A stretch of 64,000 nucleotides of DNA from Nitrosopumilus sp. (lineage in GTDB: Archaea > Thermoproteota > Nitrososphaeria > Nitrososphaerales > Nitrosopumilaceae), in the NCBI GenBank assembly GCA_965207445.1, contig CBDBLX010000002.1, forward strand, positions 2,391,849 to 2,455,848. The letters are read 5' to 3'. The translations under genes and the position numbers were made by a program. Under the pieces are notes generated by a model. That model did no database searches, was not told the origin of the DNA, and saw nothing but the letters and a program-made list of their open reading frames with translations. Shown one piece after another: positions 19,932 through 31,449 of this stretch (position 1 is the stretch's first letter; each line of letters starts with the position of its first letter).

Positions 19932-20183
19932 AGTTGAAGAACGACTACCCATTGGCATGATTTCAAGCGGCTATTACTTAAACCTTCATTCAAATGCAAG
20001 ATCAAACAATAAACACAGATCATAACAAATAATATTAGTATAATATATAAATATATAATTAATATAATATATGAATATTTTACATTACAATAATGATATA
20101 CCATATATTAACATAATTACATATTAAAAACAAACATGGAATTAACAAAAAATGCATGTCATGTATAACAAGGTCAATTATAA

Positions 20184-20528
20184 TTATCCGCCCAATAATA
20201 GTATGGCCTTTACTAAATCACCATCTGTTTCTGCCAATGCATTTTTTGCTTTTTCGTCATCAACACCAGTCTGCTCACAGATTAATGCAATATCTTCATC
20301 AGAGAATACAGGAACCTCCAGTTCTCGTTCTGAATATTCATCAGCCGAGACAATAAATACTGTAGAGTCTTTGTTTTCCATTTTCGATATACTAGGCTTT
20401 TCAATTATAATTTCTTTTTTGTCTGTTTTGATGATCGCCTCTTGTACATTTTTGAGTTCATCCATATCAAACCCCATCTTGTCCATCATGCGGCGTGCAT
20501 CACGGTTTCCTCTTCCACCTCGCATCAT
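20184..20528 (-). CDS. nac: Nascent polypeptide-associated complex protein
   Basis: RRMMDKMG NAC domain; UBA-like EDIALI.EQTGV...GDLVKAIL. Confidence 0.92.
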   Translation of the reverse strand: MMRGGRGNRDARRMMDKMGFDMDELKNVQEAIIKTDKKEIIIEKPSISKMENKDSTVFIVSADEYSERELEVPVFSDEDIALICEQTGVDDEKAKNALAETDGDLVKAILLLGG

Positions 20529-21034
20529 AACATATTCAATGAATCACGACTTTTTAAACTATCCCTGATCTTGACTGCAACACCATTATTCATATCACAC
20601 ATTACATCACATGAAAGTAGTGCCTTTCCAACTGCAATTATCTTTTGATCACACGTGACAGGCACATCAGAATTAGCCCTTACACGGTTACCACATCGTA
20701 CAACATGCTTACAAAATACCGATCGCCCCTGTGCCACAAATATAGCAGCATCTGCTGTGACATCTACACAATATATTGCTGCAAACGACTTTGGCCGTCT
20801 TGAGAGTAATCGTTGTGCAAGATATATGCCAATTGCTAGCCCACCATCAGGCCTCAATGTACCAAGCAGTTTCCCATGACTATCACGAATCCCACGTATA
20901 CGGCCTGTTCTCTTAGAGTATTCTATTACAACATCAGAAGGCAATGCCATACTAGCATTAAAGCCAAACTGTGCATCAATTGTATGTCGTATCTTGAGAA
21001 TGTGATCCATACTAACGCACAAAAAACAAGTCAT
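20525..21034 (-). CDS. PUA-domain protein (archaeosine TGT C-terminal-like)
   Basis: SKRTGRIR, GRSVFCKHV, AVGKALLS, GVAVKIR. Confidence 0.85.
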   Translation of the reverse strand: MTCFLCVSMDHILKIRHTIDAQFGFNASMALPSDVVIEYSKRTGRIRGIRDSHGKLLGTLRPDGGLAIGIYLAQRLLSRRPKSFAAIYCVDVTADAAIFVAQGRSVFCKHVVRCGNRVRANSDVPVTCDQKIIAVGKALLSCDVMCDMNNGVAVKIRDSLKSRDSLNML

Positions 21035-21204
21035 TATTAGTTATGCGAAATTATATCAAGTCAATCATCCACCACACGTACCAGAAACCAAGTGTGGTGT
21101 TTGTGTCATATTGTGGTGTTTAATTTGTTTATGATATATATTAATATATTTAAAAATATTTGAATCAAGTTATCATAAAATACATTATAAAAGATCCCAT
21201 ATAA

Positions 21205-21720
21205 TCAAAATATCTGTTGCATGTCTTTTTTGATCTCATCAATCTTTTTTGCGTATGCTTTTTTCACTCTGTCGTTTTTCTTAAAGTTTAAGACTCCGCC
21301 ACACGTTGTACACTTGAACATACTCTCTAATGCATCTTCAAATGTAGTACGGATACATTCATGATTGCCACAATGATAAAAGTCTGAATTGTTCTCATAA
21401 TCTAATCGTTGTTCTAGTCGCTCTCTTATCTTTTTTTTCTGTTTTTCTATAAAATGTTCAACTTCTTCGCGTCGTGTCCTCCACCGATATACGAACCATC
21501 CTTTGCGCTCATCTTTTACCCTGATTCCAGTTATGAGTGATTTCCCAAACAAATCATACAACACCTTACGAACCATGTTTATTCTCAATCCAGTTGAGCT
21601 TGCGATCTCCTCATCAGTCGCATCGTCTGCTTTCAAAAGTGCTATTGCAACTTTAAGGTATTCATCACCACCCAATATTGTTGCAATTTTTACAAATGGA
21701 TCTTCGTATTTTTCTGCCAA
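21205..21720 (-). CDS. tfe: Transcription factor E (TFE alpha)
   Basis: TDEEIA...VRKVLYDL, GWFVYRW, Zn ribbon FKCTTCG; TTG start. Confidence 0.95.
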   Translation of the reverse strand: MAEKYEDPFVKIATILGGDEYLKVAIALLKADDATDEEIASSTGLRINMVRKVLYDLFGKSLITGIRVKDERKGWFVYRWRTRREEVEHFIEKQKKKIRERLEQRLDYENNSDFYHCGNHECIRTTFEDALESMFKCTTCGGVLNFKKNDRVKKAYAKKIDEIKKDMQQIF

Positions 21721-22054
21721 TTATATTTAGGCAACTTTGACATTATTAATCTGTTGTCGATTTTTGTAATTTACATTATAATCTATAAAACCCAATAATA
21801 CACCTCTTAAAATCAAAGATTCTCTTGTAAACATGGGTAGTTGACACTGAATCTACACATGCGTAACTGTAAGAGAATCAAGTAAAACGAAATTTAACAA
21901 TAAATGTGAAAGCAACTACTCATCTTTTAGACAAAATGACAACTGATGAAATTTTTTCCACATCACATATTTTGTGACGTGTCCATGCAAATATGCACGT
22001 TATAGTTAGTTCAACAGATAAGAATATCAGAGTCACCAAAGTAATTATACAATA

Positions 22055-22585
22055 TCAAAGACCCATTACATTCTTACCGTGTCGGGATGGTATGATCTGC
22101 TGTTTTGCACCTGCAAACGTTACATTAAACTGTCTGCCTTTGTGTATACGATCCAATAACACTGCCAAGGCAGATATCTCAGAGTGAGGTTGTCCTCCAA
22201 CACCTACATTGTAGTCTGCCATCTCATATACTTCTCTTGGAACTTTTTTAGCACCAACAACGACTAGTATATCACGATCCTTTAGATGCTCATGCAACGT
22301 ATCTTGTATATCATTTATAGACTCACCGTACATCGACAGATGCACAATTAAATAATTTTGACTTTTTTTAAATTTTAAAACAGGCTTCCATGTATCAATA
22401 TACGTGACCTCAAATTGGCCACCCCATGTGTTATTTATTGCTTGAATCGAGTCTTTGATCTCTGGATTTGCCTCTGTCATGTATATTTTAGATGCACCAA
22501 ATGCACGCGATACCAATGCCACATGGGTAGTGACTCTATCATCTCTTACAGGACGTTGTCCTATTCTCAATACCTCTATTGTCAT
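22055..22585 (-). CDS. trm56: tRNA (cytidine56-2'-O)-methyltransferase aTrm56
   Basis: [42 protein letters not shown]. Confidence 0.95.
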   Translation of the reverse strand: MTIEVLRIGQRPVRDDRVTTHVALVSRAFGASKIYMTEANPEIKDSIQAINNTWGGQFEVTYIDTWKPVLKFKKSQNYLIVHLSMYGESINDIQDTLHEHLKDRDILVVVGAKKVPREVYEMADYNVGVGGQPHSEISALAVLLDRIHKGRQFNVTFAGAKQQIIPSRHGKNVMGL

Positions 22586-23853
22586 CGTTTATCGCCTGAC
22601 GTACACAGTTCATCATTATCATTATCATTATCATCATTATCATTATCATCATTATCATTATCTGTGTGTGACTGATATGAAATACTCTTTGTTTTTTCAG
22701 ATGTCCGCCCATCATCCATTACAGTAGACATGTTCCATTTCTTGTTTACCACCTTTTTTTCATACTCTGGTGTGACATAAATGATACGACTTGCCATACT
22801 CTTCAACTCTTCTATGTTTTCTCCTGTTTGTGCAGAAATTACAACCCATCGATCATTTTCCACATCTAGTATGTCTGATATTTTGTTGTTTATCACATCT
22901 TTTGCATTTATCATATCTACTTTGTTCAATGCATATATGATACGTCCCCTATCGATACCAATTTCATCGAGTACTCTGTGGCAGCTTGAAATCTTCTTTC
23001 TTATCATTTGAGTAGACTCACTAAAATCTACTACCAATATTATAACATCAACATATCCAAGCTCCTCCAAAGTAGAACGAAATGCATCGATCATATATGC
23101 AGGTAATTTACTGATAAATCCCACAGTGTCAGATATCAGTATTGCTTTTTGTTTTTTTGTTGTCATGTCATATATTGTTGTGCGTCGAGTGGTAGTAGAC
23201 AGTGTAGTAAACAACTCTTTGCTCTTTTGATTGCTCTCACCTGTCAAGTAATTAAATAGCGTAGTCTTGCCTGCTGATGTGTATCCGGCCAATGACAAGG
23301 TACTGAATCCGGCGCGTTTGCGTGCGCGCCTGTGTAGTTCACGCTGACGCCCAGATTTCTCAAGCTTTGTTCGTGTGCTATTCATTCTATTTTTAATATC
23401 ATTATAGTATACATCAACACCAAACTTGCCGATTCCCATAAAACCAGGTTGTTCACCCATACTAGATAATCTCACTCTCTCTTTTGCACGAGCCATCTCA
23501 TAGCGTAATTGTGCAAGTTTTACCTGTAATTTTGACTCTGCACTTGATGCTCGACTCTCAAATATTTCAAGTATCAGTGTCTCTCTGTCAAGTATCTCTT
23601 TGCCAAGCACAGATGCAAGGTTATAATTTTGACTAGGTTTCAATATTTCATCATATATTATTACATCAGGGTTAGTCTCATTTGATATACATTTGAGATT
23701 ATCAAGTGTGCCACTTCCTATTCCATATTTTGGGTGCTTTAGATAGCGTTGCTTTATTACATCAACAAGATCATATCTAGCCGCATCACACAATCCCAAG
23801 GCCTCATCAAGAATATCGTCTCTATCATATGTAATCAATATTGCAGTCTTCAT
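22582..23853 (-). CDS. hflX: GTPase HflX with Asp/Asn repeat tail
   Basis: [27 protein letters not shown] motifs. Confidence 0.95.
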   Translation of the reverse strand: MKTAILITYDRDDILDEALGLCDAARYDLVDVIKQRYLKHPKYGIGSGTLDNLKCISNETNPDVIIYDEILKPSQNYNLASVLGKEILDRETLILEIFESRASSAESKLQVKLAQLRYEMARAKERVRLSSMGEQPGFMGIGKFGVDVYYNDIKNRMNSTRTKLEKSGRQRELHRRARKRAGFSTLSLAGYTSAGKTTLFNYLTGESNQKSKELFTTLSTTTRRTTIYDMTTKKQKAILISDTVGFISKLPAYMIDAFRSTLEELGYVDVIILVVDFSESTQMIRKKISSCHRVLDEIGIDRGRIIYALNKVDMINAKDVINNKISDILDVENDRWVVISAQTGENIEELKSMASRIIYVTPEYEKKVVNKKWNMSTVMDDGRTSEKTKSISYQSHTDNDNDDNDNDDNDNDNDELCTSGDKR

Positions 23854-23883
23854 ATCTTGCTCACTTTTGTTAACAGTATGTAA

Positions 23884-24933
23884 CTATTGTTTAGATTTTT
23901 TCAGTGCTTTTTCAATATTCATGTTTAGTACGATCTCAGATATGTCACTTGCATACTCTGCAATTCGCTTTATGTTCTCAGACATTCTTCTTATACGATA
24001 GGTCTCCTCATCATCTTTGAGTTTCTTTACTGACTCGATCAAGTCATTCTCATATAATGTAATTTCACTACATCTAACTATGGTCTGCTCTGCCTGTACA
24101 TAGTCTTCTTTGAACAATGCCAAGCATGCATCATCTAGTACCGACAAACAAAAACCATTCATGTCTTGAAGTTTTTCAAGAAAGTCTTTGCTGATGGTCT
24201 TTTTAAATTCCAATATGTCACTTGCTATTCGAGAAGCATGATCACCTGTTCTCTCAATATTTTTAACAACCAACCTATAACCAAGACAATTTCGCGCATT
24301 GCTAAATCCGATCTCTTTTAATACATGCTCATTTTGTATAGCTATTTTCAGTTGACGTATTATGTAAAATCCAAATCTATCAACTTCATCATCAGTGTTA
24401 ATGACCTCTTTTGCAAGCTCAAGGTTGTTCTCTTGCACGGACAGTAATGCATCCTTGCACATGGATTTTGCCAAATGTACCATTCGTTTGAATGCCCCAT
24501 CTACTGACAATTCTAAAAAGTTCACTAGTACCTGCACAGTTATCTCACTACTCGAATCTGATGTTATCTCAGAGCCCATCAGCATTCTTTTTACAGACTC
24601 TTTTATGGTACTCCTTTGGTTAGTATCAAGTCTGCCATTTTTTGGTTTTATAATAATTGATTTAAATCCTAAAAAGTATAATGATATAAGCTTACGAATG
24701 ATACTTGAGGGTTCCTCTTTGTCGTTGATCTCAAGTATTGCATCCTCTTTCCTTGGAGTTCTAGATTCGTACTTTGGAGGATAAATCTCAAGCGCAGTTG
24801 CACTCTTTCTCCTAATCTTGATCTGATCTCCTCGCTTCAAACCCAGATCGTTGATCCAATCTTTTGGTAATGTCACTATATAAGAAGACTTGCCGGTAAA
24901 TTGAATCTTACGGGTCTCTTCATTTTCACTCAT
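23884..24933 (-). CDS. phoU: AbrB-PhoU phosphate uptake regulator
   Basis: RKIQFTGKSSYIVTLPKDW, DDEVDR, ERTGDHA. Confidence 0.92.
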   Translation of the reverse strand: MSENEETRKIQFTGKSSYIVTLPKDWINDLGLKRGDQIKIRRKSATALEIYPPKYESRTPRKEDAILEINDKEEPSSIIRKLISLYFLGFKSIIIKPKNGRLDTNQRSTIKESVKRMLMGSEITSDSSSEITVQVLVNFLELSVDGAFKRMVHLAKSMCKDALLSVQENNLELAKEVINTDDEVDRFGFYIIRQLKIAIQNEHVLKEIGFSNARNCLGYRLVVKNIERTGDHASRIASDILEFKKTISKDFLEKLQDMNGFCLSVLDDACLALFKEDYVQAEQTIVRCSEITLYENDLIESVKKLKDDEETYRIRRMSENIKRIAEYASDISEIVLNMNIEKALKKSKQ

Positions 24934-25042
24934 TTACTTTATAGTTTTAAAACTTCTATATAGTTTGTGCCATAAGTTCAACTATCTGTCACTGCTCACG
25001 ATAACATTTTGACACATATCAGTCCAACATTTTAAAACACAC

Positions 25043-25507
25043 ATGAAAAACATGTATAAATATAAAATATTTAGAGTGATTACAATGACACAAGAAGTAT
25101 TACTAACCAACACAATTAAAGAAAATACCTTGAGGATACTCAAAGAGATAGAGCGGCAGTCACCGACTCACTTTCAATTATACTCAGACATGTATAAAGA
25201 ATATATACATATATTAGATAACATGTTCACTATGTTATCTATCTCAGAAAAAGAGATCAAAAACAAGATAAACATAGATGACAGTATTATATCAAATATA
25301 GGACAGAATACAAAAGGCATGACAGAGACATTTTTGGAATACATTGACAACTATAGGGAGTATCTGCACATGTATGCAAAAACTCACTCAGAGATGGTAA
25401 ATACATATAACAAACAGATGCACACGGCTATTGGCCTATATACACAGTTTGTCTCAAACAGTGCAAAGTGGTTTAATACATACAACAATAATATACAAAA
25501 GTGCTGA
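25043..25507 (+). CDS. Hypothetical helical protein
   Basis: 154-aa ORF directly upstream of the aldehyde dehydrogenase. Confidence 0.55.
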   Translation: MKNMYKYKIFRVITMTQEVLLTNTIKENTLRILKEIERQSPTHFQLYSDMYKEYIHILDNMFTMLSISEKEIKNKINIDDSIISNIGQNTKGMTETFLEYIDNYREYLHMYAKTHSEMVNTYNKQMHTAIGLYTQFVSNSAKWFNTYNNNIQKC

Positions 25508-25509
25508 AA

Positions 25510-26913
25510 ATGACTATGAAATTTAATACCGTAAACCCTGCTACAGCAAAGATATTATCCACATACGAGGCAATGTCTGAGTCTCAGATAACAGAGAGGA
25601 TTAGCAGGGCAAAACGAGCATATCCAGAATGGAAAAAAGACTATGAGAAACGGCGCAGTTATGTGTATAATTTAGTCGAATATTTAAAGAAACATAAAAA
25701 CGAGATGGCAAAAGTTGCGACTGCTGAGATGGGCAAGGTCATAAAAGAGTCCATAGGTGAGATAGAAAAGTGTGTGTGGGTACTAGAATTTTACGCAGAT
25801 CATGGAGACAGTTTTCTAGCTGATGAGGTACTAAACACAGATGCAAGAAAAAGCTTTTTGACATTTGAGCCATTGGGTGTAATAGGTTCGATAATGCCAT
25901 GGAACTTTCCATATTGGCAGGCACTACGATTTGCAGCACCATGTATCATGGCAGGAAATGTCATTGTGATGAAACCTGCAAGTGTGACACCACAATCAGG
26001 TATTGAGATAGAGTCGGCATTTCAAGAAGCAGGAATTCCCGATGGTGTATTTCAATGCATAGTCGGAAATGTAGACACTGCAAATCATATGATCGACTCA
26101 CCAGGAATCAATGCAGTCACATTTACTGGAAGCGCATATGCAGGTGCAATGGTGGGGCAAAGGTCATCGGCCAATCTCAAAAAGTGTGTACTAGAATTGG
26201 GCGGAAGCGATCCATTCATCGTATTGGATGATGCAATAATAGACGAGGCCGCCAAGGGAGCAGTAAAGGGCAGATTTATCAACTGCGGACAGAGTTGTAT
26301 TGCATCAAAGAGATTCATTGTAGCAAAAAATGTAGCAGAGGTATTTGCCGAAAAATTTGTCAAAGAAGCATCCAAACTTGTGGTAGGCGATCCTATGAGC
26401 ATGGACTCAGACTTGGGTCCTATTGCAAACAAATCTGGATTTGATACCATATCAAATATAGTAAAAGATGCAAAAGTAAAAGGTGCAACGGTCTTATTAG
26501 GAGGTGAGCCAGTAGACAAGGACGCAGAAGGATTTTTCTACAAACCAACCATATTAACTGGCGTGACATCAGATATGAAAATAGCTAAAGAAGAGACATT
26601 TGGACCAATTGCGCCAATTACAATAGTAGAGAACGAATCAGAGGCAATAAAAATTGCAAACGATTCAGAGTATGGACTCGGGGCAAGTATATGGACTAGA
26701 GACTTGAGTAAAGCAGAAAAATTATCACGTAGAATAGAGTCAGGAATAGTCAGTGTGAATAATGTAGTTGTATCAGACCCAAGGGTGCCATTTGGCGGGG
26801 TAAAACATAGTGGATTCGGCCGCGAGTTATCAAGATATGGAATGCTAGAGTTTGTAAACGTAAAGTCAGTAAGATTTTATGATAATCTGACGCATCAACA
26901 TTACGTAGAATAG
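25510..26913 (+). CDS. gabD: NAD(P)-dependent succinate-semialdehyde dehydrogenase-like ALDH
   Basis: MPWNFP, FTGS, LELGGSDP, GQSC, EETFGP, PFGGVKHSG. Confidence 0.9.
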   Translation: MTMKFNTVNPATAKILSTYEAMSESQITERISRAKRAYPEWKKDYEKRRSYVYNLVEYLKKHKNEMAKVATAEMGKVIKESIGEIEKCVWVLEFYADHGDSFLADEVLNTDARKSFLTFEPLGVIGSIMPWNFPYWQALRFAAPCIMAGNVIVMKPASVTPQSGIEIESAFQEAGIPDGVFQCIVGNVDTANHMIDSPGINAVTFTGSAYAGAMVGQRSSANLKKCVLELGGSDPFIVLDDAIIDEAAKGAVKGRFINCGQSCIASKRFIVAKNVAEVFAEKFVKEASKLVVGDPMSMDSDLGPIANKSGFDTISNIVKDAKVKGATVLLGGEPVDKDAEGFFYKPTILTGVTSDMKIAKEETFGPIAPITIVENESEAIKIANDSEYGLGASIWTRDLSKAEKLSRRIESGIVSVNNVVVSDPRVPFGGVKHSGFGRELSRYGMLEFVNVKSVRFYDNLTHQHYVE

Positions 26914-26916
26914 CGA

Positions 26917-27477
26917 TCAAGATGGTTTGTGATTTGAAACATCACGTTCAAGATCTCCGGCAAGTTGCTCATAATGATCTCTAGTCTTTCCCACTATACG
27001 TAGTTGTTCGTCTTCGATATCTTTGAGATTGTCATCCATTTTCTGTGATACGTGTTGTAGGCGCGCCTCTGCCATGGCAAACAATCGATTGTTCTCTTTC
27101 CACAGATGTTCTGTTACGTGCTCAACGTACTGTTTCATATCGTGTATTAGATCCGAAGAATCACCTGACTCGAGATACTTTAGAGCAGACTTTTCCATAT
27201 TATGGCCAATCTCTCGTGTACGTACATGATCAGCCAACATTACAGGAATAGGTCCCATACTAGTAGGCATGCCGGCATCTGCAAGAGCAGGAAAGAGTGA
27301 CTTTTCTTCTTTTGTATGGTGGCACACATCTGTAAAATTCTTGGTAAAGTCTACTACAGGTAAAAGTATGAACTCTGGTATCTTTTTTCCATCTTGAAGT
27401 AATTGTATTGTAGACTCCATAGCTCGAGTCACCTTTGTAATTAAATCATGATCACGTCGTAATGATGTAGTTGACAT
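26917..27477 (-). CDS. Hemerythrin/HHE cation-binding protein
   Basis: RDH, CHHTKEE..LFP, DH, EHLWKEN. Confidence 0.9.
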   Translation of the reverse strand: MSTTSLRRDHDLITKVTRAMESTIQLLQDGKKIPEFILLPVVDFTKNFTDVCHHTKEEKSLFPALADAGMPTSMGPIPVMLADHVRTREIGHNMEKSALKYLESGDSSDLIHDMKQYVEHVTEHLWKENNRLFAMAEARLQHVSQKMDDNLKDIEDEQLRIVGKTRDHYEQLAGDLERDVSNHKPS

Positions 27478-27749
27478 ACAACAAGTATCAAATGTTCTAG
27501 TTATATTTATGTACGTGATCACCCTCATCTTAATGAAGGTAGATTTTTACCTTTATCTTTGTGACATTAAAAAATGGATAATCCAACTCTGCATTGGATC
27601 TTACACTCTTATTTGGAGTAACAGGTATATTTTTTGAGAACACATTTGAAAGTATCTCCGATTGGTTCTAGTACACTTGGATCAAAAAATATGTATTATA
27701 TGTTCAATTTATTATAAAATATAAAATTTACGAAATAAAATAAATTCAT

Positions 27750-28004
27750 TTAAAATATACCAGGCTCACCATACAGGCATGCGAGGTGTGTATATATCTC
27801 ATCTGCAGGATTCGTACCACGTGGAAATAAATCAGACTTACCATTCACTTTATCACCCATATACAATTCCACAGTCACATCATCATTACCAGATTCATTA
27901 AAGACAAGTACATGTGGCTCATTTTGTGGAGTATTTTGTAATAATGAACAACCTTCATTTGTTAATTCAATAATACGTTCCTTTGAAAGTCGTATATTAG
28001 TCAT
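27750..28004 (-). CDS. Small hypothetical protein
   Basis: 84-aa ORF with ATGA overlap to the upstream interrupted ORF. Confidence 0.5.
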   Translation of the reverse strand: MTNIRLSKERIIELTNEGCSLLQNTPQNEPHVLVFNESGNDDVTVELYMGDKVNGKSDLFPRGTNPADEIYTHLACLYGEPGIF

Positions 28005-28202
28005 GGTGCAGCACTCCGTATTATGTTAAAAATAGTTGACCTATCACGACCGTCTTCTTGGTTTATGTAACATATTTCTTCATCCCCCATAACACATGTT
28101 AAATTTGTGCCATCAGTAAACACTGAACAACCCCCCACTAGACGCGCAGTTATTTTGAACTGTATCTATAATACGTTCAATCTCTGCATCTGATACTCCC
28201 AT
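28001..28202 (-). pseudogene. 66-aa ORF interrupted by a +1 shift in a G6 tract
   Basis: Deleting one base of the C6 run at 28131-28136 gives MGVSDAEIERII...IRSAAP* ending in an ATGA overlap. Confidence 0.5.
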
Positions 28203-28311
28203 ATACCTATTATATTTAATCCTCTTATATATGTGGTGTAACTTATTTCATCTATTTCTTAAACTATTCTAATTATTTTAGATATGTTCTAATTATGTAC
28301 ATATTTATTAT

Positions 28312-28390
28312 AAATTATATTTGTTACAAATTATATTTGTTACAAATTATATTTATTACAAATTATACTTATTACAAATTATACTATTAT
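28312..28390. repeat. AT-rich 16-bp tandem repeat (about 5 degenerate copies)
   Basis: AAATTATATTTGTTAC units. Confidence 0.85.
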
Positions 28391-28426
28391 ATAAATAAAA
28401 TACATTCATAACAGAACAAATACATG

Positions 28427-29152
28427 TTAGTATGGTACATAGGATAATATTATATGGTCACCGAGCCGTTTGGAATATTTGAGACGTAGTTTTGGTGAGT
28501 CAGAGAGTCGTGTAAATCCAGAACCACCTACAAATGACACAACATCACTGCCTTGATTACCACCTAACACGTGTGGAGATATTGCAACTATTATCTCGTC
28601 AAACAATCGTTTTTGAATAAATGACCAGTTCACCGTACTCCCGCCTTCAACCATAACAGTACGTATACCAAAATTAGTAGCCAAATGTGAAAGAAGTCTT
28701 TTGATATCAACTGTGTGCTTGCCAATTACAATCACATCAACAGATGAGTTTTGTAATAGTTTTGATATGGACTGTTTAGAGGCGGCTTTTGAAACAGCTA
28801 TTATTGTTTTGATCGAATCACTTGACTGAACAATCTTAGAGTCAAGTGGTGTTTGTGCACAAGAGTCAAGTATCACTCGAACTGGATTGTGATGTTGTTT
28901 TGTGGGTAGTTTGGTATGTCGTACTGTAAGGAGCGGGTCATCAGACAATACAGTGTTAATTCCAACTAGTATTGCATCATGACAAGCTCGTAGTCGGTGT
29001 ACTCTGGCAGTATCATCCACAGAAGAGAGCGTCACAGTATTTCCACGAGCACCAGAAATCTTCCCATCAATGGATATAGTAGCACTCAGTACAACTCGGG
29101 GTCTGTTATTTTTGGCAAATATTTGAGCCTTCTCAGATCTGACCATGTACAA
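28427..29152 (-). CDS. arfC: 2,5-diamino-6-ribosylamino-pyrimidinone 5'-phosphate reductase (RibD C-domain/ArfC)
   Basis: SIDGKI, VHRLRA..DAILVGINTV.DDP.LTVR, MVEGG. Confidence 0.9.
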   Translation of the reverse strand: MYMVRSEKAQIFAKNNRPRVVLSATISIDGKISGARGNTVTLSSVDDTARVHRLRACHDAILVGINTVLSDDPLLTVRHTKLPTKQHHNPVRVILDSCAQTPLDSKIVQSSDSIKTIIAVSKAASKQSISKLLQNSSVDVIVIGKHTVDIKRLLSHLATNFGIRTVMVEGGSTVNWSFIQKRLFDEIIVAISPHVLGGNQGSDVVSFVGGSGFTRLSDSPKLRLKYSKRLGDHIILSYVPY

Positions 29153-30488
29153 TCTTTCCCCTTATCATAACTGCCTTTATGGATGATATGTCTACTCTAT
29201 GTACAATTGCAGCGTGTGGATTGTGCATGGGTTCAACCTCAATTGAGTGTTTATCAATAAACACGCAATCGGCTATCATACCAGATGCAATCTGTCCTAT
29301 ATCCAAATCAAGTATAGCACCAGCATTAACAGTTGCCATCTTTAATATCTCGACTGGTTCTACTGTCTCTTTGTGCATACCCATAGTCAGTTTCCATATG
29401 TAATCCATCTCCCGAAACATATCAGGAGTATTTACCATAACATTGTCAGTGCCAAGTGCCAACTTACAATGAGAGTGTCGCTGCATCGTAATTATATCGG
29501 GGAGTCCTTCTGCCAAAGCTGAATTTGCACGTGGACACACTACAATACCTCTGACACTAGATGACTCTGCAACTGCCTCTAAATCATGTACAGTGGCATA
29601 AGTCATATGAACTAAAAAATTAGGCATGAACTTGAGGGCCCTGATAGTCTCAGAAGTGCCAGTGAGTATTTCTGAGTGAGATGTACTCTCTTGTGTCTCT
29701 GCGGCATGTATTGCACGTAGTGTGTCACATTTAGAGTATGTTTCAAGTACAGCATCACTATTTTCATTTGCACCGCTTATTCCAAGGCCATTGCACTCTA
29801 GTATGAGATTCTGTAATTCAGAGATCTTTTCTTGTGACAGGGGTGTGTCATTGTGTATATCATCAGAGTTATGATAATTGTCAATTCGTCCCATTATGAT
29901 GCCACGTATTGGTATTTGATCAAGTGCACGTCGTAGCATCCTTGTGCCCAAAAGCCCCCCTTCTCTAAAATCAACAAAGGTTGTGGTGCCACCTTTGAGC
30001 ATCAACATACACGAGTATTTCATGAATTCAACAAGAGTATCAGGTGGAGTTTGAGATAGTATGCGAGATTTCAAACCAAATACAGGGTGTATTTTTTGGT
30101 CTACGGTTCCTTTTAGTCTTGCATCTTTCCCAATAGAATCACCAATATGTGTATGACAGTTTATTAAACCAGGCATTACAAGTAATCCTTTGCAATCAAT
30201 TACAGTATGATTAGTATGAGTTGTATCAAATGCTGTATCAAATGAGGTATCAAATGTCGTGTCAGTATCAGTAATGTGACTAGTAGTGTGACTAGTAGTG
30301 TGATCATCATTATGAGAAGAATATTTCATATCATCACCATGAACCAAATCATCTGTCACAACAGAGACAAACCTATCACCCTCAATAACAATATCAGCAC
30401 AAGGCAAATACGCCAAATCAGAACCATATAAAACAGAAGCATCTTTAAGTAATAATCGATGTGCCATATATTCATCCACCAAGATCAA
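29133..30488 (-). CDS. Amidohydrolase-superfamily protein in the riboflavin cluster
   Basis: PGLINCHTH, IHAAE, LVH, CPRAN, LGTD, ATVNAG. Confidence 0.9.
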   Translation of the reverse strand: MILVDEYMAHRLLLKDASVLYGSDLAYLPCADIVIEGDRFVSVVTDDLVHGDDMKYSSHNDDHTTSHTTSHITDTDTTFDTSFDTAFDTTHTNHTVIDCKGLLVMPGLINCHTHIGDSIGKDARLKGTVDQKIHPVFGLKSRILSQTPPDTLVEFMKYSCMLMLKGGTTTFVDFREGGLLGTRMLRRALDQIPIRGIIMGRIDNYHNSDDIHNDTPLSQEKISELQNLILECNGLGISGANENSDAVLETYSKCDTLRAIHAAETQESTSHSEILTGTSETIRALKFMPNFLVHMTYATVHDLEAVAESSSVRGIVVCPRANSALAEGLPDIITMQRHSHCKLALGTDNVMVNTPDMFREMDYIWKLTMGMHKETVEPVEILKMATVNAGAILDLDIGQIASGMIADCVFIDKHSIEVEPMHNPHAAIVHRVDISSIKAVMIRGKIVHGQI

Positions 30489-31387
30489 AAATGTCTCTTT
30501 GTGGCATGCTCGTACACTTGTGATTTTTGAGGATGTTTTGTTGATGATGTATCAGATGTAATATTTTCACCAACATGCGACATGTATGATGGATCATCAC
30601 GCATCTTTCGTATCATATCAAGTGATTCAGTTGCAAGACAAGCAGCATCCCGTGCAGTGGGTGCACTCCCTATACCACAATTGAGTTTTACACCATCTTG
30701 TTGATATATCATGTCAACAAATTTTCGAGCAGCGGCCTTGGCAGAGTCTGAGGATATTATCATAAAGTTATCACCACCCATAAAGAATGCCAACGAATCA
30801 TAATCATAGAAAAACAAAGACATCTTGTGATACAGTCCAAACATTAAAAGTGATATATCATACGGACTCAAGTCACGATTGCCAAGTCCATCAATGTCCA
30901 TATGCATTATTGTCACATTAGATGATAATCTCATAGATTCATCAAGAGGGTCTTTTTTGGATTCAGCATCTAGAGTAGAGCCAAATATCATGTAGTCTTT
31001 TTTTTCTAATGTGGATTCGGATCTCAAGGATAAACCATCATTATTATTATTATTTTGAGAGTTAGAGATAGATTCATGTGCCATATTATTTGCTATCAGA
31101 GGAGTTTTCCCATATCCTATTGCAATTCTTATGCGTAGATTTTGAAATTTTGAGATTAAAGTATCTTGAATAGCCTTGTGGGACTCTAAGTCAAGACCAT
31201 TGCTAAGTACTATGAGCTCATCTGCACGGTTTGAGAACACGAGACATCTGCGTTCAGAAAATAGTCTCTGTACCTCTTTGTACAATGATGCCTGAAGCAT
31301 CTGTAATTCATGTTCTCTATCACTTCCTAGTGTAAGCGTCCAAGGCCCATATCCAACAATTGTAAGAACACTCAATTGTACCGTCAC
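30485..31387 (-). CDS. gch3: GTP cyclohydrolase III (IIa)
   Basis: GYGPWTLTLGSDREH.LQ.LQA, FMGGDNF, NCGIG. Confidence 0.93.
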   Translation of the reverse strand: MTVQLSVLTIVGYGPWTLTLGSDREHELQMLQASLYKEVQRLFSERRCLVFSNRADELIVLSNGLDLESHKAIQDTLISKFQNLRIRIAIGYGKTPLIANNMAHESISNSQNNNNNDGLSLRSESTLEKKDYMIFGSTLDAESKKDPLDESMRLSSNVTIMHMDIDGLGNRDLSPYDISLLMFGLYHKMSLFFYDYDSLAFFMGGDNFMIISSDSAKAAARKFVDMIYQQDGVKLNCGIGSAPTARDAACLATESLDMIRKMRDDPSYMSHVGENITSDTSSTKHPQKSQVYEHATKRHF

Positions 31388-31449
31388 GATGCAACACCTC
31401 TAACTTTATATGTATATATTAAATTCACCTTTATCAACACTCCTACCAT

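Noticed and set aside
28113..28115. Selenocysteine read-through of the in-frame TGA
   Set aside because: A single-base frameshift in the adjacent G6 run explains the ORF better
28312..28390. Replication origin
   Set aside because: No ORB-like G-string motif and no cdc6/orc1 gene adjacent
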